Assembly (NCBI RefSeq): GCF_964204645.1
Contig: NC_134033.1
Coordinates: forward strand, 3,368,131 to 3,432,130
Direction: 5' to 3'
Source: Tubulanus polymorphus
Taxonomy: Eukaryota; Animalia; Nemertea
DNA: 64,000 nt
Shown in pieces: positions 13,925 to 27,208 of this stretch; the stretch's first letter is position 1; each line of letters begins with the position of its first letter. The notes beneath the pieces were generated by a model. The model did no database searches and had not been told where the DNA came from. It saw only the letters and a list, made by a program, of their open reading frames with translations. A program made the position numbers and the translations under genes.

Positions 13925-14190
13925 CAGAGCCATTGGAAGGGATTTTTATGTGGCGAGGCTTATTTCTGAAGGGGGTTTGGGGGCCCTCCCCTTGAAAAAT
14001 TTTGATAATTCAATCGCTGGAGATGCGTTTTGGGGCCATTTCACGGTCTCATTCACAGAAGCATGAGAAGCCGGGAGCCAACCACCTAGTACGGAGAACG
14101 ACGAGCTGCTACGCGGTACAGCGTGCTTTTGAAAAAATTTTGTTAAGCAAAACAGTGGGGCGGCTTTGGCCGCCCCTGTTCCGACGGCCA
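13925..14190. mobile_element. Non-autonomous DNA element; second copy at 59169-59402
   Basis: The two copies share the internal sequence GTGGCGAGGCTTATTTCTGAAGGGGG...GGGGCCATTTCACGGTC and have imperfect CAG..GGAA / TTCCGAC..TG termini. Confidence 0.7.
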
Positions 14191-14472
14191 TGGTATTGTA
14201 TGTACGAAAAAGCATAGTGTTGATAAAAATTAAGGCCAGTTTTCCATTTTATTTTTATCGTCCCAATCACGGTCGAATGGAGAGCGCAGTCAAGGTCGTT
14301 GCTAAGAAAGCGGTCGTAGTGACATATGAAAGAAACATTGAAAATCAATTTTTCAATTCGTCATGTGAGTGTTGGGATATAAAAAGTCAAGGAAAGTCAT
14401 CGAATACAGGTCAGAATAGTTATTATAAAGCAAAAAAAAACTCTTTCATTGGCCGGTGCAACTCTATTCAGA

Positions 14473-15630
14473 ATGGATTTTGATGACGGTGAACTTTATT
14501 CAAACAATTCCGATTTTCAAAAACAATGTGTTAGAGATATTCTAACGTTGCCCGGGTTTCTTCGACAAAACTGCAATAGGAACGTAATGGATATCGGCTG
14601 TGGTAGCGGTGAGGTCACGGTCCTTCTACTAAATAAGATCAACGTTGTTGACCTTATCTTTGCTTTCGATAAGGTAAATAGCAAATATACATAAAGGCTC
14701 CTTTTTACGTATTTTTGATATAAGGCATAGGTGGGATATAAATTTCCATGAACTTTTTGATTTTGTTAGATTCGTGGAAGTTCTTGTTTTCGGAAACTAA
14801 AACTATGAACTTGATTATTATTTCAGAGTGCATCTATGGTTGGATTTGCTCGATCAAAAAATCCGAATCCTAAAATTGAATATTTTCGGTAGCCGACGTC
14901 ACCAAACCCGAAACGTTCAAGCCGGAATGACAACAGAAATTTGACTAGATAACATCGTTCCACGCACGCTCTTCACTGGATTAAGAATCAATACGAAAAC
15001 TTTAAAAATTTAAAATCTCTGTTATCCCTTAATGGTGATGTCTTTTTCTATCTGCCGTACACGTCATCAATGCTTTACATGTCTGATATAACCAACTCAG
15101 TAAAATGGTCTCCGTATTTTCGGGTAAACAACAAAATTTTCCACTTTTTATAAAATGTATTGCGTTTTTCGAGGCCTTTCGACGCTGTTTCCGAACTGAG
15201 AATGTTTCGTTTTTGTAGGGATACACACCGACGTCGGTCATTTCATCCGGATTGGGAGGAATACCGTTAATGGAGATATCCCGTTGAAATCACCGGATAA
15301 CGACGAATTGTAGAATCATTAGGTCTCACGGTTAACGAATGCACGGAACATGTTGGAAATTACATTATTCCCTGATCGTCAATCTGCTAAAGGTATATAT
15401 TTGGAATTCACGAAGAAACTCCTGCTTCATTCAAAAAACATGCATAGGCTTAACAGTGTCATCGTCGTATGCTTTTTAGGTTTTTTGCCGCAGTTTTGCC
15501 TCATTTGATGCGAATTCCAGACTCAGAATCGTCTGAATTTTTAGACGACGCGCTAAATCTCTATTTGAAATGTTTACCGTCGAACGAAAATGGAAAGATT
15601 CGATTTTATTCAGAAAACACGTCTTAGTAA
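14473..15630 (+). pseudogene. Juvenile hormone acid O-methyltransferase-like (class I SAM-dependent methyltransferase) pseudogene, 4 exons
   Basis: Exon 1 (14473-14673) reads LYSNNSDFQ...VMDIGCGSGEVT...AFDK|GT. Exon 2 from 14827 (SASMVGFARSKNPNPKIEY..VADV..KFD*ITSFH..LHWIK) has a frameshift and stops. Later exons start near 15219 and 15480. Confidence 0.8.
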
Positions 15631-16671
15631 ATATGCAAAACAAATCAAATATGGCGTCAGCATAATATGGGGTTTGGTGTGCGTACGTAGTCGCAATATA
15701 GGACCGTTTAATTTATTTCCTTACATTCGACGAATTGTCCAATTGCGCCGGAAAGTTTGGCATCATTTCCCACTGCACGGGCCAAATTTAACTTGGGCCT
15801 GGCCTCAGCCAAATTGTCTTAATTTTGGTCATGGATATAGAAGAAAGCTTAGAAGATAGAATTTATGATTTAAACTATGAATGCGATATTGGAGATACTC
15901 GGTGGGCGAGTTTTCTTTTAAATGAATTTTAAAATCGAGTATACAGATCGGCCTGCTCGATTTTATAGAATTAAGTACATTGCTCCCAACAATGGGTCTC
16001 AAAATCCTAACGTAAAGTTATTTTTTTGACGCCGTAAAAACGAGTTACGATAATGTAAATATACATTGATACCTAGTGTGCGTTATTTAAGGGGTTCTGT
16101 ACTTCATCATCAAATTGGTTTTTCAAAATAAACAATCAAAATTATGAATTTTTGAATCAATATCGAATCATTTTTTTAGAGGATGTGCACTACGTCATCA
16201 TTATAACGGGGCCAGACTGGTTGCCGGTCAATGCGATTCAATTATTGATATATTCAAATACAAAATAACTTTATTAACCCTTAATTTTATATAATTCATA
16301 TTATATTATTCGTTGTCGACAATATTGTGCAAAATATGTGTAATTTTTCAAAGGCGTCAATAAACTTTCAAGTTAATTTTCCTGTTATAGTCTCAATGCA
16401 TTGTAATGTGTTTTTGCGTAGCGGGGATGATCGTGAAAAATTGTTATGTTAATTACATGTATCTGATCATATGCGCCACAATTTCCATACATCATGCAAA
16501 GAATTTGAGAAATTATTGTTAGATTTTGATTGAGTTTGATAAGAAATAGCGTCAGCATCGTATTGTACACTAGCGACACCTGGCGGAATTCCGCTTGCCA
16601 CAGTAGCGTTGCCGGTACCCCATTCGATTAGTTTAATAGGTGTAAGCTTATATACAAGTGTCGCCCCCTAC

Positions 16672-16720
16672 CTGAAACGGCACCGATTGCGCCTACAACC
16701 AACAATATCAAAAGCTTCTT
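16672..16720 (-). pseudogene. Orphan lectin signal-peptide exon (ATG replaced by AAG)
   Basis: Reads (K)KLLILLVVGAIGAVS-G|GTAG, matching the signal exon of lectins A-D. I found no downstream exons. A palindromic MITE (16722-16835) abuts the lost start codon. Confidence 0.85.
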
Positions 16721-16949
16721 AACTTGCTCAAAAGTAGGTTAAAGATAACCAGTGGATAAATGCCATAGTAACAATGAACTGTTGATTGTCACTATGTCAA
16801 CTATCCACTGGTTAACTCTAACCTTTCAGCAACTGACTCCAGTCTGTATTGTACCTGAGCAACGATAAAAATAAACAATTCTTGTCGATTTGTTTTCAAC
16901 TATAATCTATTTATTTCATCGCTAAGTTAAACCACGCATTAAATGTATT

Positions 16950-19900
16950 TCACGGGCTCGAATTTGCTGAGGTGATTTTGCTGACGCACATAGCTCGCTT
17001 GTTCAGCCGGTATTCGCAGACGTAAGGACGTTCACACATAAGCGACGTATAGGCGGCAAATGATGCTACGAACGTGTACCACTTACCGTCGCCCATTATG
17101 AACACTTCACTACCGGAAGCATTCGGCTGATCCGTAGCCCAATTCGAGTACCCGTTCTAAAAACAAGAAGAAATCGAGACTTCGAAGTTTTCATAGTGCA
17201 AGGCAACAACGACGTTTAGGGAACCAACCCGCCAAACGATGCTCGCATAGGGTGACTGGTTTTTTGAGCAGTTCGTTATGGTTAAAATGCGGAACTTTTT
17301 TTACGGATATCAGTTAATGCCTGTCCCATTGCTCGCGATACTGTGCTCGGAGGTCAATGCCAGTCCGGCGTACCCACAGGCCTGCCGGAAGTACGTAGGA
17401 TAAGCTTACGAGTATGTTCAAGTTGTGAAATTCGGGCTCTTCAAATTCTGACTTTTTTTCTGATTTGTGTGGACAGTTCGTCGTAACATTACCGCTATAC
17501 GGTTGCTGCTGCGGCGGCAATCGAGGATAACCGCTGAAAGTACGCTCTATTTTCTAAAAAACCCTGTTTTGACGACAATCAAATGAACTACACGTGAAAC
17601 AAAAATCTTTATATCAACAGAATTAACAGACTGCGGGTTAGTTTCATACTGTATGCATACAAACCCAAATCAGGAAGAGGGGCGGAGGGAGCTTGGTAAG
17701 ATGGGGGGGGGGGGGGCGAGGAGACTGCATTTTCGCGCTGTTTTTTCAAAAACCAGACTTCGACATTCGAACTTCGAAATCGAAATTGCTTCGATTGAGG
17801 GACGCCATGAAGTATTAAAATCATAGTCATAACATAAATAGAAATATTTGTTGTATGCTGACCGGTAGTGACACCTATATCACAGCAGTGACACTTACCA
17901 AAAAACCAACAGTCATTCCAAGATTCGCCATACCATATCTGCTATTTATCAATACCTCTGTCAAAACGAAAAGGAATTTTTGAAAAAAAAGAATAGATAT
18001 CAAAATATATTCATCGTAGGTGGCTGGTATGACGGCATTTTGTCGGTGTAATTTTTAGGTAAGTGTTCGTTTTTTTACTTTATGTTAATTACCAAGGGTC
18101 AAATTGAGGACAATGCTTTCATGGTGGTTTGGGGACGAAATGACTTTAGATATGCTGGAGGTAAACTCGGTTTATGTATTTTTAGTTTGTCGATCCTTAT
18201 TTCTTATTGACCAGTAAACTAGATTAATCGATGAAATCGACGTGATATTTGTTTTTTTACAAGTAATACAATTATTTGAGGGTTAATTTTGGTTTTTATA
18301 GACTTGAGTCACCGCTCAGAAACTTAACTTTTGTTAATGACTTTTCGACTTTAATTATCCCCATCTTCTGGACCCAGTTCCACAGTCGTGAGTTAGAGTT
18401 AACTCTGCGTTCAAGTTAGTTCATTTCCGATCAGTTAACTCAGAGTAAAATCTTTACTCACAACTGTGGAACTGTTCCATTGAGTCAGTTCTACAGTTGT
18501 GAACTCTGAGTTAACTCATTGAGAATAAACTGATTTTAACTCGGGAGTTCACGACTGTGGAACTGGATTCTGGAATAAATTTATCATTATAATTGAAAGA
18601 AACGTTCCTTTTCTGAGTTTGGGATATTTCAAGAAGCAACTCTGAAATCGTTTCGGATGCCCGCATGAAACGAAACGAAATTCCGAACCGCGCTTTGTGT
18701 GAATTCCCAAAATTCCATAATTATCCAATGGGGAACCCGCGGTGCTACTGTGGCAATCGAGGATTCCGCTAATGGCAGGCGAGGATCCGCCAGTTGTCGC
18801 TAGTAGATAGTTGGTCGTCCGCGATCGATTTCTTCTGCATTTCAATTAAATCTTAATGAACTTTTCTAGCGGGTGCTGTGATGGATTCGGGAGTCTAAAA
18901 ATCCAGTTCAAAGTCCATTGAAAATGAACTAATTTTGACAACGGGCGACCTACAGCTCGTCACGCCATCTGGCGGTTTTAGCTGGTTTTTCGGGTACGCC
19001 TTTTTTTGCAACACATTCTCGATTCGTTTTATGAAATGGATTAGCGGGTATTGCATCTCTTACCTGCTGCCGCTTGATTTTCCTGCACGTTGCTAATGCG
19101 AGCCGGTGATGCGCCGGAGGGACAGATTTCTGCCAACCCGATACATTTATCCGATTCGTTAACATATATCCAACCGGAATCACATTGGGTCGACAGTGTT
19201 GTTCCTGCAACGATACATTTCGATGTTTTGAATTCGAAGAGGAGCCGTCTTAACAACGAAACGAATAGCACTTCATAGGTAAACTAAGGTCTAAGTCTAA
19301 GGCCATTTACTCTTTTATGTCAATTTCCCGACATTAGCTCTAAGCTGTATGCAGTTGTTTCTGTATCTACAATGTTTTTGTATGCAAATATGTAACTCAG
19401 TTGTACTGTTTATGTAACTCAGTTGTTGTACTGTTTATGTAACACAGTTGTTGTACTGTTTATGTAACTCAGTTGTTGTACTGTTTATGTAACTCAGTTG
19501 TTGTACTGTTTATGTAACTCAGTTGTTGTACTGTTTATGTAACTCAGTTGTTGTACTGTTTATGTAACTCAGTTGTTGTACTGTTTATGTAACTCAGCTG
19601 TTGTACTGTTTTTTCGACATTCGGTCGCTGATTAATCACCAATTTTGTAACAAGCATTATCTGTGCTCACTGCATGAAATGTATATGGAGCAATAAATAG
19701 ATAATAATAACTAGTTTATTTGACACACGAGCTTTCGCTACTAATGTACGGTAGCTTCATCAGGTGAACGAGTGACTCCTGAAGTTAACGAAAGCTCGTG
19801 CATCGACGAAAATAGTTCACCTGTAAAAGTACTGCTCGAGTCGTTATGTTTTAAATCTAATTCTTTAGCCACACAGGATGGGTCGCGGATAGGGCGCAAC

Positions 19901-20221
19901 AGGAACTTACTTGGTAAGGACGAATTTTTTAATGGGACATCGCCGTCCCAACTGGCAAACTGGCCGTTTGAACAGTTTGTGTCGTTGATTTAATTAGTTT
20001 TTTTTAGTTTTTTTGTGTAAAATTTATTTTACACTGAAACCCATTACAGGGCAACACACAATTTACAGATTTTATAATGCTATAGAAAATTCAATTACAC
20101 AATAAACTTGTTTAAATTAACAAACAGAGATAACATAGTAACTTTGATAGATGTAAACGTGCTGCCCCCTACCTGAAACGGCACCGATTGCACATACAAC
20201 CAACAATGTCAGAAGCTTCAT
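16950..20221 (-). CDS. Secreted divergent C-type lectin-like protein A (151 aa); coding exons 20221-20173, 19204-19064, 17957-17899, 17156-16950
   Basis: Canonical GT-AG introns in consistent phases (1,1,0). Protein: MKLLTLLVVCAIGAVSGTTLSTQCDSGWIYVNESDKCIGLAEICPSGASPARISNVQENQAAAEVLINSRYGMANLGMTVGFLNGYSNWATDQPNASGSEVFIMGDGKWYTFVASFAAYTSLMCERPYVCEY... It has the CTLD hallmarks CxxGW, YSNW..QP, GxW and YVCE, and AATAAA lies ~40 nt after the stop. Confidence 0.85.
18374..18567. mobile_element. Two adjacent ~100-bp palindromic MITEs (CCAGTTCCACAGT..ACTGTGGAACTGG family)
   Basis: Other copies at ~34690-34758, 41828-41933, 54790-54880 and 61038-61100. Confidence 0.75.
19390..19611. repeat. 25-bp minisatellite (TATGTAACTCAGTTGTTGTACTGTT), ~9 copies, inside a lectin A intron
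   Basis: Direct tandem units. Confidence 0.95.
19726..19766 (-). ncRNA. Penelope-type minimal hammerhead ribozyme motif
   Basis: The - strand reads CAC-CUGAUGA-A-GCUAC(cguacauua)GUAGC-GAAA-GC-UC-GUG: intact core, 5-bp stem II, palindromic stem III and 3-bp stem I. Confidence 0.75.
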
Positions 20222-20684
20222 AGCGTCTTGTATATCCAATCCTAAAAATTGGAAAAATACATCATTGACTGTTTCATTTTGAAATATGGAAATATGATCT
20301 TATTATTTGATTGGTTCGATGTTGGTGTTCATTAAACCAGTCACCACTGCCGAGATTGAGCACGGTCGCTGTAGTTCGGACCTATTTGCAAGATGGCCGA
20401 CACTGCAAAATGCGTAAGACAGCACTATAGCACGTTCGGTTATTAGTTCCGACCACTCGACCTCCTACCAAACCAAAGTTCGCCCATCCAATAGACAGTA
20501 AACCTGGCGCTGCATTTTCTTGTAAATGTTTCTTTCTCGACCAAAAACGGGTTAAATGAAGATAAGAGGACCCGGAGAAGCTTTAGACCTTCATACGTAT
20601 TCATTGGCATTATGAAAAGCCTACGTTTTATTAACATCGTACCTAACTAGCGAAACAGAGCTGCTTATGGAATTGGTGCGCAAA

Positions 20685-21530
20685 GACTCACCACTCTAAC
20701 AGACCTAGTGTTACCCGGAGACTCACCACTCTAACAGACCTAGTGTTACCCGGAGACTCACCACTCTAACAGACCTAGTGTTATCCGGAGACTCACCACT
20801 CTAACAGACCTAGTGTTACCCGGAGACTCACCACTCTAACAGACCTAGTGTTACCCGGAGACTCACCACTCTAACAGACCTAGTGTTACCCGGAGACTCA
20901 CCACTCTAACAGACCAAGTGTTACCCGGAGACTCACCACTCTAACAGACCTAGTGTTACCCGGAGACTCACCACTCTAACAGACCTAGTGTTATCCAGAG
21001 ACTCACCACTCTAACAGACCTAGTGTTACCCGGAGACTCACCACTCTAACAGACCCAGTGTTACCCGGAGACTCACCACTCTAACAGACCTAGTGTTATC
21101 CAGAGACTCACCACTCTAACAGACCTAGTGTTACCCGGAGACTCACCACTCTAACAGACCCAGTGTTACCCGGAGACTCACCACTCTAACAGACCTAGTG
21201 TTACCCGGAGACTCACCACTCTAACAGACCTAGTGTAACCCGGAGACTCACCACTCTAACAGACCTAGTGTTACCCGGAGACTCACCACTCTAACAGACC
21301 TAGTGTTATCAGGAGACTCACCACTCTAACAGACCTAGTGTTACCCGGAGACTCACCACTCTAACAGACCTAGTGTTACCCGGAGACTCACCACTCTAAC
21401 AGACCTAGTGTTACCCGGAGACTCACCACTCTAACAGACCTAGTGTTACCCGGAGACTCACCACTCTAACAGACCTAGTGTTATCCGGAGACTCACCACT
21501 CTAACAGACTTAGTCACCCAGGGATCTCAC
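20685..21530 (-). repeat. 35-bp minisatellite (24 units) derived from the lectin A 5' UTR exon and its splice donor
   Basis: The - strand unit is TCCGGGTAACACTAGGTCTGTTAGAGTG|GTGAGTC. Confidence 0.95.
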
Positions 21531-22751
21531 CTATTGAATGATAATGATTTTATGCGTTTTCACGAATTTTTTTTTAGCAACGATAAATTCAATACATTTC
21601 ATTATCAATGTACTATGTTTATTCAGATCTCATCCTAGCTACTCAAATTCTCCTGTTAAACCAAACCAGCTGCCCCTCGTCAGGATCTAACGCAAATATT
21701 CCAATTCGTTGAATATTTTTGAAAATTGTCGCGTACCAATCTTCGCTTTGTGATATATGCATTCTGCATAATCACAGATATCCCACTGCAGTCAGTTATT
21801 TTCTACAGTGAACTTGAAGTTTGATTCGTCGAAACTGAAACCAATGGGAAAACTACGTCATTTTGGTTCCGAGTGCACGAACCTTATTAGCGCTAAGCGA
21901 TGATTGGGCATGACTTGACTAGGAAAGGAGTAGGGTTGGTATAAGGGCGGGTGTGCAGAAGGGATGTGGTTAAATGCGAATGAGGCAAAGGGTAGAGCTG
22001 GGAGTGGAACTGGTGAAACAGAGACGCGAGAAAAAGGCGTGAGAAAGATGTGAATTTCATCCGTCTGCCATTTTGGTCATGATCACTATAAAGGGGAATT
22101 GTACAATTTCGTACACTCGACAAAGTGGAAATTCGTAACTAGGCCATTTGCGAATCCGATGAAGAAATTTGTTTCGTGGAAGGTACAAACAGAAATAGTG
22201 AACTAGGAAATTGACCCAGGAGATTTTTCCCCATGAATAAACAAAACATAAACTTTCAGAGTTGTTATGCATTTCAACCGTATTTTCCCTTTATTTCAGA
22301 TTTTACGAGTGCCCCCACGTGCCTCACGCGCGGCTCCAACCAGCCACAACAGATCATTTTTGTTCGATTCACCGCTAGGTGTCCTATCTGATGACGCCCA
22401 TCACCTATGACGTCTGTATAAGCTTTATCTCTTTCTAAAACAGCTCAATCCAATACGTAGCGAATCCGTATTCAATCGTTATTTTAGCAAATTTTAGGGT
22501 AATTTCTCTATTTATTTAAACCAGCTCGCTTTCGCTCTCTCTCTGGTTGGATTATTAAAAATAAGTATGAAATATCATAATCGATATATTCCGATGAAGG
22601 CCCATTCAATGAGTCGACTCGCGTACATGCGATGTGATATATAGATGTTTTGACAAGAGTGTCCTTCAACGTCTCGATCGCGTTCATGTGATATATAGAG
22701 TACACCTCGTCCATTCCTGTTACCGTTGACACTAAATCCGTGAAGAATATT

Positions 22752-24383
22752 CTACGGAAGCGATAAGTACGGAAGCGATAAGGGGCCTCGAGATGTCGCG
22801 TTCAAACTTGACAAGTCGTCATATTTATGTCGACATACCGCGATATATCGCGTCAAGTCGACATGAATATGTCGATATATCGTGACGTTTTGACGACATA
22901 TTTCGTTCTCTCGACCACTTTCCACGCGACAAGTCGACATATTCACGACGACTTGAAACTCAGTCGTCATTTCACTGGTGTCCTCATCTTCCATTTAGAC
23001 GTGTCTTCAAATGACGGCTTGTCCAGTGGAAAATTGGCGAAAAAGCGAAATTTGTCGTGAAAACGTCACGATATGTCGACATATTCATGTCGACCTGACG
23101 CGATATATCGCGATATATCGACATAAATATGGCGACTTGTCGAGTTGGAACGCGACATCTCGAGGCCCCTTATCGCTTCCGTAGGCCCAAGATTAGAATC
23201 CGGTTAAGTATTTCCAAGACTGATCACGTATTTACATCCATTCGCCCTACAGAGTCCTAACGCGATATATAGCGTCAAGTCGACATGAATATGTCGACAT
23301 ATCGTGACGTTTTCACGACAAATTTCGCTTTTTCGCCCATTTTCCACGGGACAAGCCGTCATTTGAAGACACGTCTAAATGTAAGATGAGGACGCCAGTA
23401 ATATGACGACTGAGTTTCAAGTCGTCATGAATATGTCGACTTGTCGCGAGGAAAATGGTCGAGAAAACGAAATATGTCGTCAAAACGTCACGATATAGCG
23501 ACATATTCAAGTCGACTTGACGCGACATATCGCGGTATGTCGACATAAATATGACGACTTGTCGAGTTGGAACGCGACATCTCGAGGCCCTTTATCGCTT
23601 CCGTACATCTGACTGGTTGGTTGGATAACTGGATGACCGAGTGACTAGATAACTGCAGACTCTAGTCGTCATGAATATGTCGACTTGTCGCGAGGAAAAT
23701 GGTCGAGAAAACGAAATATGTCGTCAAAACGTCACGATATAGCGACATATTCAAGTCGACTTGACGCGACATATCGCGGTATGTCGACATAAATATGACG
23801 ACTTGTCGAGTTGGAACGCGACATCTCGAGGCCCTTTATCGCTTCCGTACATCTGACTGGTTGGTTGGATAACTGGATGACCGAGTGACTAGATAACTGC
23901 AGACTCTAGTCGACTGACTAGGTGACTGTATGACTGGATGACTCCCGATATTCAAGATAAGTGTCACGTACTACGGAAGCGATAAGAGGCCTCGAGTTGT
24001 CGCGTTCCAACTCGTCAAGTCGCCATATTTATGTCGACATATCACGATATATCGCGTCAAGTCGACATGAATATGTCCTTATATCGTGACGTTTTCACGA
24101 CAAATTTCACTTTCTCGACCACTTTCCTCGCGACAAGTCGACATATTCATGACGACTTGAAACTCAGTCGTCATTTGGCGTCCTCATCTTACATTTAGAC
24201 ATGTCTTCAAATGACGGCTTGTCCAGTGGAAAATTGGCGAAAAAGCGAAATTTGTCGTGAAAACGTCACGATATGTCGACATATTCATGTCGACTTGACG
24301 CGATATATCGCGATATGTCGACATAAATATGGCGACTTGTCGAGCTGGAACGCGACAACTCGAGGCCCTTTATCGCTTCCGTA
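22752..24383. mobile_element. Cluster of ~410-bp palindromic MITEs with TACGG..CCGTA termini (two full copies, one truncated copy, one 244-bp tandem duplication)
   Basis: TIR TACGGAAGCGATAAG.GGCCTCGAG.TGTCGCGTT. Copies at 22768-23183, 23260-23604, 23665-23848 and 23972-24383. Confidence 0.9.
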
Positions 24384-24647
24384 GTGTCACTGCCAATCTA
24401 CGGCTTTTATGTCATTGTTTCCTGGTAATGTACACTCATATCCCTCTCATGCGTCCTTCAGCGCGGGCAGCGGCCGGTCAGACATTTTCTTCAGTCAAAT
24501 CGAAGTTTGACTAATCGTGATTTTCATAATAGCAACAGGCGAAAAAAAACCTATCAACAATTCTAATCGTATTGCTTTGATTTATTTCATCACTAAATTG
24601 AACACGTTAAACGTATTTTTAGCGCGGTCGAATTTTATTCAGATCGT

Positions 24648-26353
24648 TCAGACGAGCGGCCGTTGGTTTAGCGTCTGTTCACAGATATAAGGACGATCGC
24701 GAATGTGGGCGTATGCAGCTATGTAAGTATACCATTCACCGTTCGGCAAAATGAACACTTGGCTTCCATCAGGACTCGGCTGACCTGAAGCCCAATTCGA
24801 GTACCTGTTCTGAAAGAATGAAAATTAAGACTTTATATTGCAGATAGTGTAAGGAAATTCCGACTTTTATGAAGACTACCAGCGAATCTATGCCCGTAGG
24901 AAGGGCTGATTTTTGGACGCGAACCGTTTATGCATCTGTAGATATCGCATTGCGAATACGCTCCAAATTCTAGGCTTCTTATGGATTTCATCGCCAGTCC
25001 TACGTAGCTATTAGGACCGGGAGTGCATGGGACGAGCTAAGGATTTTATTCATTTTCTGAAAATTCATTCTTCAAAAGCGGACTTATTCCGATATGTGGA
25101 CAGTTCGCCATAATCCCATTAACGCTACGGGCCCGGAAACGCTGTAGCGGTAAGCGAGGATCCGCTAGGAGCGCTCTAGTCTATTAACGAAATCAACCGA
25201 GTTCTATCCAGTAGGAATAACCCCTAAATCTATATGAAAAGGGGCAGAATAGAAAGAGTGGAATAAGATGATCGGACTTTAACAGAAAAGCGCCCTATGA
25301 AATTTAACATTTCATACATTGATCAACTCAACAAACGGTGCCAGAAGAAAATCTCGGAGTACCTAATTGAACACCTCATTAGTTATATGTGTACTTACAT
25401 TCGAATTAGCGTTGTTTCCGATATTCGCCATTAATGGACTTTTCATTAGACCTGTCAAAACAAATACACGCTTGAGATACAATGAATCCTTATTTGGTTT
25501 GGACTTGATTCTTGATTCGTTTATGTAATGGACATTGTACATGTTTTCACTTACTTATCGCTGCCTGGGTTTCCTGCCAGCTACCAATACGAGCCGCTGA
25601 TGTGCCGGATGGGCAACTTTGCGCAAGCCCGATACACTTATGTGAAGCCGAAATATATTCCCAACCGGAACGACATTGTCCTGCAATGATATATTTCAAT
25701 GTTTAAAAACAAATTTTCAACCTTGCTGGGCGGGTCGATAGGGCAAACTATAAGGTTTGAAATTCCGATGAAGTCCTACAATTCGAATATTAACATGAAA
25801 TAATTCGTTGAAACGATCCCACAACGTTTCGGCTGTTGATGACTACAAACGCTAGCTTATCACTACTTTTCAATATACCATCCTCGAACAAGCAGCCAGG
25901 ACCCGTTCTCTACTCAAGACGTAAGTCCAAAAGTGTTCTTCAATCTTAAGACTGATGTTAAGTTGTTAGATTGGCTATAGATTGGATATAGATCTAAGTT
26001 GGTCTTAGACTGGTCTTAAGTCTAAGTCGTGACTATGGGACAGACCCCCCAGGGGTCAGTCGTTCAGAAATTTGTGAAAGATAGCCAGCGGTTAAATACC
26101 ATCGTAACAATGACCCCCAGGGTAACGATGAACTTTCAATATTGTCACGTTTTGAGCTACTGCTGCTTCAGGTTTACTAACCTTAGCCCCCCCCCCCCCA
26201 GAGGAAAATTGATCTCAACTAAAGTTACTGAATGATTAATTTCCAAACTTTACAGGTAATGCATTTTTTAGACACCATGTATGTGTACACGTGCTGCCCC
26301 CTACCTGAAACGGCGCCGACTACACTTACAACCAACACTATCAAAAGCTTCAT
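24648..26353 (-). CDS. Secreted divergent C-type lectin-like protein B (129 aa); coding exons 26353-26305, 25680-25555, 25451-25399, 24809-24648
   Basis: Phases are consistent. Protein: MKLLIVLVVSVVGAVSGQCRSGWEYISASHKCIGLAQSCPSGTSAARIGSWQETQAAISLMKSPLMANIGNNANSNNRYSNWASGQPSPDGSQVFILPNGEWYTYIAAYAHIRDRPYICEQTLNQRPLV*. Confidence 0.85.
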
Positions 26354-27069
26354 GGCGTCTTGTTTTTCCGATCCTAAAAATTTGAAAAAAGCTATATCAG
26401 ACTGTTCTTGAAATATTGAAATAAGGACCTATCCCTTTTCATCATTAGATTGGTTATACAAGGGGAACGAACTTCGGTTCGAGTAAGTTACCTATATTCG
26501 AACTTAAGTGAAATCGAATGTTTTTCTTAGTACAGAAATAGTCAATGACGGAATTGAATACAGTTGTTGTTGTTGTAATGGACTTACTTCCAAGATGGCC
26601 GACACGAAATGCGTTACGGCCGAACTATAGAACGTTCGGTCATTAGTGCCGACCACAAGTCAAGGCAAACAACGGAATTCGAAGTACGCCCATGCAAATG
26701 ACTGTTATAACCAGGGGTGAATGCACCGAATTTAGGTTTAAATCGGAAATTGATTACGATCTTAAAAACGCAAAAAGGACTGAAACCATTGTCCGCAGAT
26801 ATTTGCAAACGGACATAAAAAACGCCTTCTTGCAAATGTATTTTCTCTCGCCGAAGAAAACGCGTTAGGTAAAGATAAAGATCTCCTGGCGCTCAATTGC
26901 GTGAAATTTATCGTGGGAAGTGCCCAGAAGCTCTGTACCTTCAACGGTTTCGCCGGCGTTATGAAAAGTCTAATTCTTTATGAAAATTGCACCCGACTAG
27001 CAAAAACAGAGCTGTCTATATGAAATACGTATACGACGATTGCACTGACCATGACTCGAAAGATCTAGC

Positions 27070-27208
27070 GGGCCTAGCGTTGTCCAGAGACTTACCTTAC
27101 CTTACGAAACAGACCTAGCGTTGTCCAGAGACTTACCTTACGTAACAGACGTAGCATTACCCGGAATGGTGATGATAGAATGTTTTTTTCACGAATTGTT
27201 TTATATAT
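27070..27208 (-). promoter_or_regulatory. Lectin B TATA box and non-coding first exon with duplicated GTAAGT donors
   Basis: TATATAAAA at 27207-27199, then ~30 nt later TCATCACCATTC, a ~40-nt exon, and donors at ~27136 and ~27095. Confidence 0.6.

Noticed and set aside
20685-21530. Spliced-leader RNA gene array
   Set aside because: The units have an exon plus GT donor but no Sm-binding site or intron stem-loops, and they sit in cis at a fixed place in each lectin gene.
24880-25036. Extra 52-codon exon in lectin B (LVPCTPGPNSYVGLAMK...)
   Set aside because: Its donor phase does not fit the last exon, the homologous region in A has stops, and the four-exon CDS is already in frame.
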